From: Deltaproteobacteria bacterium TL4
GTDB taxonomy: Bacteria > SAR324 > NAC60-12
DNA: 36,753 nt
Assembly: GCA_051382335.1 (NCBI GenBank)
Contig: JBBCAX010000228.1
Span: forward strand, 1 to 36,753
Direction of reading: 5' to 3'
The notes beneath the pieces were generated by a model. That model was not told the DNA's origin, did no database searches, and saw nothing but the letters and a program-made list of their open reading frames with translations. The translations under genes and the position numbers were made by a program. Below, piece after piece: positions 20,788 through 30,352 of this stretch (position 1 is its first letter; the number at the start of each line of letters is the position of its first letter).

Positions 20788-22503
20788 ATGTCGGAGCATC
20801 ATCCTGTTATTGACATTTTAGTAGAAAAATATTCTGTGTCGCCGGAGTCTCTCCTTCCGCTGAAAGAACAGCTCCTCGACAATAGAACCAGTCCCCTGGC
20901 GTTGAAAGAATTATTACTCAAATATAAAATTGTTTCGGAGGAGATCTTTCAACAAGCGGTTGCCAGATTTCATGAACTTGAATACAGGGCCAATTTCGAA
21001 GATGTTGAAGTTTCCAGTGAGTTTACTGAAGCCATCCCTATTCGCTATGCCAAGAAATTCATGTTCTTTCCTGTGCAGAAAAAAGGTTTTGATTTGGAAG
21101 TCGCCGTGGAGGATCCTTCCAACTTTCACCCGATTGATGATTTAGGGAAGCAGTTTCGATGTCGGATTGTGCCTGTCGTTTCCTCTCGGCAATCGATCAT
21201 GGACTTAATCAACCGAGCCTATGATCGTGCCTCAGGGATGGCTGACCAGATGGTTGAGTCTTTGGATAAAGAAGAGGCCTTTGAAAGTATTCTGGGTGTT
21301 GAAGAACCTGAAGACTTGTTGGATGCTACCGACGAAGAACCTGTGAAGCGGTTAGTCAATAGTATTTTGTGGCAGGCGGCCAAGGAAGAATCCAGTGATA
21401 TTCATATCGATCCCTCTCCCAAAGATACCAATGTACGTTACCGTGTTGACGGAATACTGCATCATGTCACCAATTTTCCCCGCCAAGTTCATGTTACTGT
21501 CGTTAACCGTGTCAAAGTCATGTCACGTCTCGATATCGCACAAAAAGGCCTGCCCCAAGACGGAAGAACCATGGTGCTGATTGCCGGGAAAAAAGTGGAT
21601 ATTCGTGTTTCCACAGTACCCACGGTACACGGTGAAAAAATTGTAATGCGCTTGCTTTATCAAAGTGATAGCCTCAAGCCCTTAGGGGAGTTGGGAATTT
21701 CGGATTCAATCCAAATCCCCTATAAGAAGATCATCCACAAAAATGCGGGTATTGTTTTAGTTACAGGTCCTACAGGAAGTGGAAAAACGACAACCTTATA
21801 CGCTTCGCTGGGACAATTGGATAAAGGGGCGAAAAATATTATTACGATTGAAGACCCTGTCGAATACAAACTCGCAGGGTACAGTCAGATTGAAATCAAT
21901 GCCAAATTAGGTTTGACGTTTGCGATTGCTTTACGATCGGTCCTTCGTCAGGACCCTGATGTGGTGATGGTTGGTGAAATGCGGGACGGGGAAACCGCGC
22001 AAATTGCCATTCAGGCCGCGTTAACAGGACACTTGGTGTTCAGTACGCTGCATACCAATAATGCTCCCGCGACGATAACTCGCCTGGTTGACATGGGGAT
22101 TGAGCCTTTTTTGGTGTCTTCTACAGTGATTGGCGTCCTGGCTCAACGTCTCGTCCGCAGAATCTGTCCCGGTTGTAAAGAAAGCTATGAGCCTCATCCC
22201 GAACAACTTCGTGAAATCGGGATCACCTCCGAACAGTTAAAAGACGCCGGTGGAATATTTTATAAAGGGGTTGGGTGTTCTCAGTGTCGAGATACAGGAT
22301 ATCGGGGAAGAACAGGGATTCATGAGTTATTACTGATGAACGATCAAATCAAAACGGCCATTTTGGATTCTAATGATTCTAACCGGATTAAAGCCGCTGC
22401 GGTAAAAGCGGGAATGATCACGCTTCGGATGAATGGGGCACAGAAAGTCCTTCAAGGACTCACAACGGCTGAAGAAATTTTGTCAATTACTGCTGAGGAT
22501 TAA
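20788..22503 (+). CDS. gspE: GspE/PilB-family secretion ATPase
   Basis: SDIHI, PQDGR, GPTGSGKTTT, TIEDPVE, LRQDPD, GEMRD, TGHLVFSTLH, two CxxC; GAGG upstream of ATG 20788. Confidence 0.88.
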   Translation: MSEHHPVIDILVEKYSVSPESLLPLKEQLLDNRTSPLALKELLLKYKIVSEEIFQQAVARFHELEYRANFEDVEVSSEFTEAIPIRYAKKFMFFPVQKKGFDLEVAVEDPSNFHPIDDLGKQFRCRIVPVVSSRQSIMDLINRAYDRASGMADQMVESLDKEEAFESILGVEEPEDLLDATDEEPVKRLVNSILWQAAKEESSDIHIDPSPKDTNVRYRVDGILHHVTNFPRQVHVTVVNRVKVMSRLDIAQKGLPQDGRTMVLIAGKKVDIRVSTVPTVHGEKIVMRLLYQSDSLKPLGELGISDSIQIPYKKIIHKNAGIVLVTGPTGSGKTTTLYASLGQLDKGAKNIITIEDPVEYKLAGYSQIEINAKLGLTFAIALRSVLRQDPDVVMVGEMRDGETAQIAIQAALTGHLVFSTLHTNNAPATITRLVDMGIEPFLVSSTVIGVLAQRLVRRICPGCKESYEPHPEQLREIGITSEQLKDAGGIFYKGVGCSQCRDTGYRGRTGIHELLLMNDQIKTAILDSNDSNRIKAAAVKAGMITLRMNGAQKVLQGLTTAEEILSITAED

Positions 22504-22509
22504 GAAATC

Positions 22510-23157
22510 ATGCTCCATTTAGCCCCCCAAGTTCTGATTGTTTTACTGTTTTGTTTGATGTTCGCCTTAACCCTACATGAGTTTGCCCACGCTGCCATGG
22601 CTTTTCTGTGTGGGGATGCTACCGCAAAAAGGCAAGGACGGATGAGTTTGAATCCTCTGGCTCACCTCGATCTTTTTGGTAGTTTGATGTTGATATTTGT
22701 GGGCTTTGGTTACGCGAAACCTGTTCCTGTCAATCCCCTGAACTTCCGTTATAAAAACTCTGACTTTTATGTGGCAGCGGCAGGGCCGGGAATGAATTTG
22801 GTGCTTGCCATCGCAGCGGCAATTCTCTGGAAACTTTTGGCGGTGTTTGGAATATTGGGAATGACGGCATTTCCGCTGCCTGATTTACTTTATATGTTTA
22901 TGTTCATCAATCTCAATTTATGTTTCTTTAACCTGATTCCGCTAGGACCTCTGGACGGGAGTTATGTTCTGCCTCATTTTCTGCCCTTTCAAACGAAACG
23001 GCGATTCCAAATATGGAATATGCAGTATGGAACTCAAATGATTTTGGGGTTGATGATTTTAAGCTATGTTCTTAATCAACTTAACCTGTCCTCTCTAAGC
23101 CCTTTTCGTTGGCTCAGTAAACTAAGTCAATGGATCATTCAAGCCACGGTATTCTGA
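22510..23157 (+). CDS. Site-2 protease (peptidase M50)
   Basis: HEFAH, AAAGPGMN, FNLIPLGPLDG. Confidence 0.92.
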   Translation: MLHLAPQVLIVLLFCLMFALTLHEFAHAAMAFLCGDATAKRQGRMSLNPLAHLDLFGSLMLIFVGFGYAKPVPVNPLNFRYKNSDFYVAAAGPGMNLVLAIAAAILWKLLAVFGILGMTAFPLPDLLYMFMFINLNLCFFNLIPLGPLDGSYVLPHFLPFQTKRRFQIWNMQYGTQMILGLMILSYVLNQLNLSSLSPFRWLSKLSQWIIQATVF

Positions 23158-23241
23158 TTAAAAGCTAATTTTACAAGGGGTTAACGATCAAGTGAGGTAT
23201 TTCATGACTGAAAGGAATGAACTTTATGTGGGGGGTCTTTG

Positions 23242-23271
23242 AAAAAGAAGAGTCTGTTGAGGACTCTTCTT
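23242..23271 (-). terminator. Intrinsic terminator after the csp gene (possibly bidirectional)
   Basis: 10-bp stem AAGAAGAGTC/GACTCTTCTT with a 7-nt loop and a U-run on the minus strand, 18 nt after the csp stop. Confidence 0.7.
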
Positions 23272-23288
23272 CACTAGACTGAGGAGGT

Positions 23289-23480
23289 TTAGGCTTGTTT
23301 CACTTTGACAGCACAAGGACCTTTTTGTCCTTGTCCAATTTCAAATTCTACGGCATCACCTTCTTGCAAATACCCACCTTGTACTTCGTTCTGATGTACA
23401 AACAGGTCATCGCCTTCAGGTTGAGAAATAAAACCATAGCCCTTTTGGGAATTAAACCACTTAACTGTGCCTCGAGACAT
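23289..23480 (-). CDS. Cold-shock domain protein
   Basis: GTVKWFN, KGYGFI (RNP1), DLFVH (RNP2); AGGAG RBS. Confidence 0.95.
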   Translation of the reverse strand: MSRGTVKWFNSQKGYGFISQPEGDDLFVHQNEVQGGYLQEGDAVEFEIGQGQKGPCAVKVKQA

Positions 23481-23845
23481 ACAATCTCCTATATTCAGGT
23501 TGACTAAAATGACAATGCTTGTGTGAATGCATTCTTGGAGTGCTATTAACCAGAGTATAAGAGGAGTGCTGTGACTCGAAAATACTAAAGAAAGAAAAGC
23601 AAGGAAGTAATTCTAACAACATTATCTGACAGCGTCATATTGACAGTTTTTCACTTTAAAGCAACTTATATTTTATTTTATTTTTAAATGAGGTGGAAGA
23701 ACTGTTGAGATACGCGGCACCCTTCACCCACACGGAGTAAGCTGGAAACAGCGGATTTCTGCTGTTTTAAGGCACCGGCAATGTCACTCTAAATACTCAT
23801 CCTAAATATCTTTCAACCCATTCCGTGCGTTTTTCATGAGGTAAA

Positions 23846-23896
23846 CATGAACCGAAGCGACGCGCGCCCTTTAATTTTTGGTGCGCTCGCTTCATG
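23846..23896. repeat. Degenerate family A REP doublet
   Basis: 23874-23893 is the exact reverse complement of 30261-30280; imperfect hairpin GAAGCGACGCGCGCC...GGTGCGCTCGCTTC. Confidence 0.6.
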
Positions 23897-23913
23897 GACG
23901 TGGTTTCAAAATT

Positions 23914-25731
23914 TTACAGTTTTGCGTTCAGAGGACTCAAACAAGCATTTTCGATGATTTTCGCGTGTTGAAGAACACGAGGCAAAATACTGTAAACATA
24001 ATTTTCTGCGGTACAAATTTTATTCCAGTAAAAACGCGCATCCGTGTTATTTTCAAGCAAGGCTTCTTTGGAAGCGGCACTGGTTGCCAGTTTATCAAAT
24101 TGAGTTTGCGCGACCAGAGCTTGTTTCAACAAATAAAAACAACAAAGCACATCCCCCATTAATTCTTGCATATTAACCGCATACAGCACATAGCCTTTAG
24201 GCCCGCCTTTCTCAGCAAGTTTGCGTAATCCCATCATCGAATCAAACATAATTTGACGATAAGCGTTCCAATCTTCGGCGAGTTTACTGATAGTGGAAGG
24301 TAAGTTTTCCTGTTTATCGAAAAACTCTAATTCCTGGCGTAAGCTGGCGACTAAGGCTCCGTTCTTAATCTGGAACTTACGAGAGATCAAATCCAGGGCT
24401 TGGATTCCATTGGTTCCTTCATAAATCGAAGTAATTTTCAGATCCCGCGCAACTTGTTCCAAAGGGAAATCCTTCGTAAACCCAACACCGCCTAAAATCT
24501 GAATTCCGGTACAGGCGATATTAAACCCCTGGTCTGTCGCAAAAGATTTGGCCACAGGGATAAAAATATCCAGCAAGTTTTGATAATGTTCTCTTGTTGC
24601 TTCAGGTCCATGCTCTTTTATATCAACACAAAGGGCACAAGTGTAAAGTAACCCTCTCAATCCTTCGGTAACGGATTTCATACTCATCAGCATTCTACGA
24701 ACATCAGGATGTTCAATAATCGCGACTTTAGGCGCGGCAGGATTTTTTCCGCTATCCATACCGACTCCTTGCAGTCTTTCACCGGCATAGGCCTGCGCGA
24801 ATTGTACCGCCGCGGCCGCACCGCTCAAACCCTGGATCGCGACAAGCATCCGTGCTTCATTCATCATCTGGAACATCTGCTTCATGCCGACATTTTCCTC
24901 ATTCAACAAGTATCCATGGCATCCATCATTTTCGCCAAAGGATAAACTGCATGTCGCGGAACCATTGATTCCCATTTTGTGCTCAATACCGGCGATGTGA
25001 ACATCATTTGGAGTTCCATCCAGACGAAATTTCGGCACAATCAACAAACTGATGCCTTTGGTTCCCGGAGGCGCGTCCGGTGTTCGCGCGAGGAGAAGGT
25101 GGATGATATTGTCGGTCATATCGTGTTCACCACTGGTGATGAACTGTTTGGTTCCTTTAATGGCATAGTGATCGCCTTTTTTAATTGCCGTCGTTTTGAT
25201 ATCGCCCAAATCACTTCCTGATCCGGGTTCTGTCAAACACATGGTACCCGCCCATTTTCCTGTGAACATGTTTTCACAATAGCTGGCTTTTTGTTCTTCT
25301 GAACCAAAGGACTTAATCAGATTGGCAGAACCATTACTCAAAATGATACTCAACACTAACGCTTGGTTTGCGCCAAACATGGACTCTATGGTCGCTGTAG
25401 AAATCAGTTCAGGCAGACCTTGCCCCCCGACTTCAATATCCGTAGATAAGCCAATCCAGCCTCCTTCAGCCAATTTGCCCCAAGCGTCTACAAAACCATC
25501 GGGCAGCCGCACTGTTCCCTCTTCAATACGGCATCCCTGCTTATCACCTGATGCGCTAATGGGAGCCAGTACTTTTTCCGCAAACGTACTGGCTTCATTC
25601 ACGATCATGTTAAACATTTCTTCATCAAACTCTGAAAAATTCGGAAAATTACATAAATCTCCCACGTGTAACACTTCATTCAACATAAACAGTATCTCAC
25701 GACGGTCTACTTTATATTCAGTACTACTCAT
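23914..25731 (-). CDS. Acyl-CoA dehydrogenase (long, ~600 aa type)
   Basis: GTMCLTEPGSGSDLG, GTKQFIT, EHKMGI, IYEGTNGIQALDL. Confidence 0.93.
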   Translation of the reverse strand: MSSTEYKVDRREILFMLNEVLHVGDLCNFPNFSEFDEEMFNMIVNEASTFAEKVLAPISASGDKQGCRIEEGTVRLPDGFVDAWGKLAEGGWIGLSTDIEVGGQGLPELISTATIESMFGANQALVLSIILSNGSANLIKSFGSEEQKASYCENMFTGKWAGTMCLTEPGSGSDLGDIKTTAIKKGDHYAIKGTKQFITSGEHDMTDNIIHLLLARTPDAPPGTKGISLLIVPKFRLDGTPNDVHIAGIEHKMGINGSATCSLSFGENDGCHGYLLNEENVGMKQMFQMMNEARMLVAIQGLSGAAAAVQFAQAYAGERLQGVGMDSGKNPAAPKVAIIEHPDVRRMLMSMKSVTEGLRGLLYTCALCVDIKEHGPEATREHYQNLLDIFIPVAKSFATDQGFNIACTGIQILGGVGFTKDFPLEQVARDLKITSIYEGTNGIQALDLISRKFQIKNGALVASLRQELEFFDKQENLPSTISKLAEDWNAYRQIMFDSMMGLRKLAEKGGPKGYVLYAVNMQELMGDVLCCFYLLKQALVAQTQFDKLATSAASKEALLENNTDARFYWNKICTAENYVYSILPRVLQHAKIIENACLSPLNAKL

Positions 25732-25997
25732 TCTGTTTCCCTTTTCTGATTAGTGGTTTTTTGAGGAACGAGACTTAAATAACTTTTTAAAAAACAATTC
25801 AAAAGCCACTTAATCCCCGTTGCTTACAGGGCAAAATTCAAACTAAAGTTTGTCGGATAATTACGTGAGTTACAAGATGTTTGCAAGATGAAAGCACTCC
25901 GGACTCAAAGAGAAATATCCAGGTAAATGTTTTAGGGATGGTGAGCCTAGTTTTAATGTCAGTCACTTTGGAGGCATGTCATCGCCGCAGGCGTCTC

Positions 25998-27767
25998 TCA
26001 GCGGATCGACAGACTTTCGTCTAAAGTTTTGATGAGCGGCGACAGAAAGAACATGATCACTCTGCGTTTTCCTGTTTTGATTTCAGCGGTGACATTCATG
26101 CCTGTGGAAAGAAAACGGTCTTCGTTTTGTACGCTAAAATGCCAGGGATCCTGCTGAGCGTTTTTAGCTTCTGGACGGCCCACGATCAGTTGATAAACTT
26201 GTCCAAACTGGGGATGTTCTGTGGAATCCGCGCTCACTTGCCTGAGAACCGCAGGGAGTGTCCCATATTTCTGAAACGGAAAAGTTTCAACTTTCAAGGC
26301 CACTTCCATGTCTTTACGTACAAAGCCAATATCCTTGTTGGGCAACCAGGCTTCAATCACCATTTCCGCATCCTTGGGAACAATATAGACCAAGGGATCG
26401 GCAGGTTGAACGACTCCGCCCAACGTATAAGTTCCGAGTTTTAGAACCACACCATCGGTAGGTGCCACGAGGGTGATGTATTGTTGCCGTTGTTTCAATT
26501 TGGCGAGTTCACTTTCAATTTGAGATAATTGATGACTGGTCTCATTGAGTTCTTTTAAAATAGCCCGGTCTCTTTCAAAACGAACCGAATCCAGTCTGCT
26601 GTTAATGTTGCTAAGCTGGCGCTCGGACTCAGTCCATTCGGTCAAAATGGTTCTTTGACGTTCGGCCTGCACGCTGTTTAGCGCTTCTTTTGCCTCCGAC
26701 AAGGATTCCTGAGCTTGGCGAACGGTACTGAGCTGACCTAATAACTCTTGCTGCTCCATCGCCAATTGACGTTCCAGTTTGGCGAGACGCTCTCGGGGAA
26801 TGGCTTCCATTTTAACCAGGGGTTCGAGAGACTCCATTTCCTGAATCGTATATGCCACAGAATGCTTTAAACGTTTTTGAGTGGACTCCGTACTGGTCAC
26901 GGCACTTTGCCGTTGCTGAACATTAAGTTCAGCTTTCATTAGCCGTGTTTGATGCTCGGTGATTCTGGCCTGCATCAGTCGAACTTCCAGGTCAAGATCG
27001 GTTTTTGCGACAGACTGAGTCCAGTCTTGAGACGGTAATACAAAAGGCATTTCTTTTTTTTCCGAGTCTAATCTCGCAATTTTTAACATCAGTGCGTGAC
27101 GTTCCTTGAGTAAGCCCTCTAAATCCAATTGTGCCTCACGGGATTTCATCATTTTTAGCTGTAACTCAAGGTCTTCCTGGGTAATATGCGGGAACCATTC
27201 TGAACTCAAAACTTGAAAAGTGGTGTTGTTTTTTTCTGCGTTCAAACGGGCACTTTCCAACAATAATAAATATTTTTCATGCAGCATTCCCTCAAGGTTG
27301 ACTTCGCCACTGGTGGGGTCCAGTTCAATTAAAATCTGTCCTTTTTTGATGACTTCACCTTCGGCTACTTTAATAGACCGGATGACACCGGATTCAAAGG
27401 GTTGAACGATTTGAACCCTGCCTGAGGGAATGACCTTTCCCTGCGCACTGGCAACTTCATCCACCTGTCCCAGCGTACTCCAAACCACCGTAATGACCGT
27501 CAGGAGAACCACCGTCCATAGGGTAAAACGTCCCAAAGGGGAAGGCGGTGATTCTTCAAGCTCTAAACTGGCAGGCAGGAATTGCATTTCCAAACGACGG
27601 TTTCTATTTTCCCATAACCCGGACAACCATCCGCCTTCGGTTTTGTTTTTTGACAGTGAAGGCTTGGAACCCAAAGGTTTGGCCAGGGAAAGCAAACCTT
27701 TTTCCTCCGGTAAATCATCAGAGTCTGAAATTTCGTCTGAAGGGGATAAAGGTGAAGCATTGTTCAT
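25998..27767 (-). CDS. HlyD-family type I secretion periplasmic adaptor, lengthened by internal duplications
   Basis: FLPASLELEESPPSP, single TM segment, APTDGVV, DIGFV, FPFQKYG, GMNVTAEIKTGKR. Confidence 0.92.
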   Translation of the reverse strand: MNNASPLSPSDEISDSDDLPEEKGLLSLAKPLGSKPSLSKNKTEGGWLSGLWENRNRRLEMQFLPASLELEESPPSPLGRFTLWTVVLLTVITVVWSTLGQVDEVASAQGKVIPSGRVQIVQPFESGVIRSIKVAEGEVIKKGQILIELDPTSGEVNLEGMLHEKYLLLLESARLNAEKNNTTFQVLSSEWFPHITQEDLELQLKMMKSREAQLDLEGLLKERHALMLKIARLDSEKKEMPFVLPSQDWTQSVAKTDLDLEVRLMQARITEHQTRLMKAELNVQQRQSAVTSTESTQKRLKHSVAYTIQEMESLEPLVKMEAIPRERLAKLERQLAMEQQELLGQLSTVRQAQESLSEAKEALNSVQAERQRTILTEWTESERQLSNINSRLDSVRFERDRAILKELNETSHQLSQIESELAKLKQRQQYITLVAPTDGVVLKLGTYTLGGVVQPADPLVYIVPKDAEMVIEAWLPNKDIGFVRKDMEVALKVETFPFQKYGTLPAVLRQVSADSTEHPQFGQVYQLIVGRPEAKNAQQDPWHFSVQNEDRFLSTGMNVTAEIKTGKRRVIMFFLSPLIKTLDESLSIR

Positions 27768-27782
27768 TCGGGAGCTCCTCCA

Positions 27783-30089
27783 TCATTTGACAAGTTTTCC
27801 CATTTGCTGGTGATACAAATGAGCGTAAATTCCATCTTTGGCGAGCAGTTGCTCATGCACTCCCATTTCAACCAAACGGCCTTGTTCCAGGACAAGGATG
27901 CAATCCGCATCCATAACAGTGGACAATCGGTGCGCAATCAAAAAAACGGTTCGTCCTTCGCAGATGGTGTTGAGATTATCGTTAATAATCCGTTCAGACT
28001 CATAATCTAAAGCTGAGGTGGCTTCATCAAAAATCAAAAGTCTGGGGTTGCGAAGTAACGCCCGGGCGATGGCGACTCGCTGTTTTTGTCCTCCTGACAG
28101 GGCCGAACCCCGTTCTCCGACGGGCGTATCATAGCCTTGGGGCAAGGTGATGATGAATTCATGCGCCCCGGCCAGGTGACAAACTTGTTGGATCTCCTCC
28201 ATGCTGACTCCAGGCTTGGCCATCATCAGGTTTTCACGGATGCTGCCGCTAAATAAAAAATTATCCTGCAGGACCACCCCAATTTGTGCTCGCAACCAGT
28301 TCGGAGAAAATTGCTGCACATCCACACCATCAATCAGCACACGTCCCCTTTCCAGTTTGTAAAGACCTTGAATGATTTTGGTGATGGTACTTTTGCCGGA
28401 TCCGCTTCGGCCCACAATCCCGATTTTCATTCCGGGGCGAACCGTAAAACTGACATCACTTAATATTTCCGGACCATTGGGCTTGTATCTGAAGACCGCG
28501 TTCTCAATTTGAACTTTGCCTTTGATTGGCGGAAGCGTGGCTTTGGCAGGATCATGAACCTGTTCACATTCCGTTTCAAACAAGTCGGATAAATGCTTTA
28601 CGGATAATTTCATTTGCTGAAATTCATGCCAAAGCGACACCACACTCAAAATCGGTCCGTTGACCCTGCCTGACATCATATTGAACGCAATCAACTGCCC
28701 CAAGGTTAAATTGCCTTCAATCACCAGGCGAGCCCCGGTCCACATTAAAACCAGGATTGAGGTCTTTTGTATGATTTGTCCTAGGCTACTGGCAATGCTG
28801 GACATGTGGCTGGTACGGAATCCGGCTGTGACTTGCTGAGCCAGTTTATTTTCCCAGCGTCGCATCATTTCAGTTTCCAACGCCAGGGATTTGATCGTAT
28901 TCATGCCCGTGAGCATTTCAACAACGAAGGCCTTGTTTTCAGCGCCTACTTTAAATTGCTGAACTAAATTTTTCCGGATCAGGGGAGTCATGATCAACGT
29001 TAGAATGATGAATAAGGGTAAGAAGGCCAAGGCGATCCAGGCCATTTGAGGACTATAAACAAACATGGCCGCAATAAAGACACCTCCGAAAAGAATATCT
29101 AAAAAAAGGGTTAAAGGCGCATTGGTTAAAAAACTGCGAATGTTCAGCATCTCATCAATCCGGTTAACAATATTACCAACGCGCCTGTTTTCAAAATAAG
29201 TCAAAGGCAAATGAGCGAGGTGCTTATAAAGTTTCATACCCAAAACGACATCAATACGATTTCCTGTGTGAGCAAACAAATAACTTCGAACCATGCTCAA
29301 AATGGCTTCAAAAACCGTAACAATCAACAGCCCCAAGGCCAGGACATCCAGAGAGGACAACCCGTGATGAACCAAAACTTTATCAATCACGACTTGAGAA
29401 AAAAGGGGCGAAACCAAACCAAAAATTTGAACCAGAAAAGAGGCGATAACGATTTCACTTAAAATGGATTTATATTTAAAGACTGCCGGTAAAAACCAGG
29501 AGAGGTCAAACTTTTTTTCCGTGCTTTCACCCCCCTTCTCACGGTAAGTCAATAACAACAAATTGCCGTTCCAGAGGGGTTCCAATTGCTTTTGACTCAG
29601 CCACTGAGGTTCTGATTTTAAGGGATCGTAGGTTAAAACCTGCTGTTCTTCAGCTCGTGCCAAGGTCAGAAAGGTGCCATCATTTTTCTGCAGGATCAGA
29701 GGCAGGGGTAAGTTTGTGATTTTTTGCCAAGTTCCTTTACTTTGCCGGACTTTCATCTTCAAGGTTTTCGCGGCACGCATGATTTCGGTAAGTCCCATCG
29801 GAGCCGTACCATTACTGAAGGAGCGCTGAAGTTGATCCTTATCCGCGGATATTCGGAAAAAACTGACAATCATCATCAAACAGGATAAACCGCTATCGAC
29901 GGTTGCAGGCTTTTGCAACAAGACCTCCTTTGTGAGTAACGGCGAAGCGGTTACAACTTCTCGGGAGATTGTGCTTGAGGGAAGCTCTTGTGAGTAGCAT
30001 GAGGAGTCAGGTTCTAACGGAATGAGCGCTCCGTCTTTCCCCCGGATGAAGGCTTTTTTGATCGGTTTGATTTTCCCCAATGCTGACAT
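27783..30089 (-). CDS. HlyB-family type I secretion ABC transporter with a C39-like domain
   Basis: DSGLSCL (C39-like, catalytic Cys absent), VIDKVLVH, GRSGSGKST, LSGGQKQR, DEATSALD. Confidence 0.93.
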   Translation of the reverse strand: MSALGKIKPIKKAFIRGKDGALIPLEPDSSCYSQELPSSTISREVVTASPLLTKEVLLQKPATVDSGLSCLMMIVSFFRISADKDQLQRSFSNGTAPMGLTEIMRAAKTLKMKVRQSKGTWQKITNLPLPLILQKNDGTFLTLARAEEQQVLTYDPLKSEPQWLSQKQLEPLWNGNLLLLTYREKGGESTEKKFDLSWFLPAVFKYKSILSEIVIASFLVQIFGLVSPLFSQVVIDKVLVHHGLSSLDVLALGLLIVTVFEAILSMVRSYLFAHTGNRIDVVLGMKLYKHLAHLPLTYFENRRVGNIVNRIDEMLNIRSFLTNAPLTLFLDILFGGVFIAAMFVYSPQMAWIALAFLPLFIILTLIMTPLIRKNLVQQFKVGAENKAFVVEMLTGMNTIKSLALETEMMRRWENKLAQQVTAGFRTSHMSSIASSLGQIIQKTSILVLMWTGARLVIEGNLTLGQLIAFNMMSGRVNGPILSVVSLWHEFQQMKLSVKHLSDLFETECEQVHDPAKATLPPIKGKVQIENAVFRYKPNGPEILSDVSFTVRPGMKIGIVGRSGSGKSTITKIIQGLYKLERGRVLIDGVDVQQFSPNWLRAQIGVVLQDNFLFSGSIRENLMMAKPGVSMEEIQQVCHLAGAHEFIITLPQGYDTPVGERGSALSGGQKQRVAIARALLRNPRLLIFDEATSALDYESERIINDNLNTICEGRTVFLIAHRLSTVMDADCILVLEQGRLVEMGVHEQLLAKDGIYAHLYHQQMGKLVK

Positions 30090-30211
30090 GTCGAATAATC
30101 CCTACGCCATGGTTATTGTTTACTTTTCCTCACGAATTCCTCCGTGAGCTATTGAATAAACCATCACTGACGATTAATGAGTTGTCAGTCGAATCTGTGA
30201 TACCTCACTAG

Positions 30212-30352
30212 GAGGCTGTCCGAAAATAGAAGTTGAGCCTAAGTAGTGTGCCGCTTAAGCGAAGCGAGCGCACCAAAAATAAGGGGACCGCAAGCTTTCG
30301 GGTGCGCTCGCTTCGCTTAAGCACACCCTACAGCACATTCTCGGACAGCCAC
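30212..30352. mobile_element. 141-bp MITE-like element flanked by CTAG and containing a family A REP doublet
   Basis: CTAG at 30208-30211 and 30353-30356; IRs GAGGCTGTCCGAAAAT / ATTCTCGGACAGCCAC (14/16); REP arms at 30243-30274 and 30301-30331. Confidence 0.75.
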
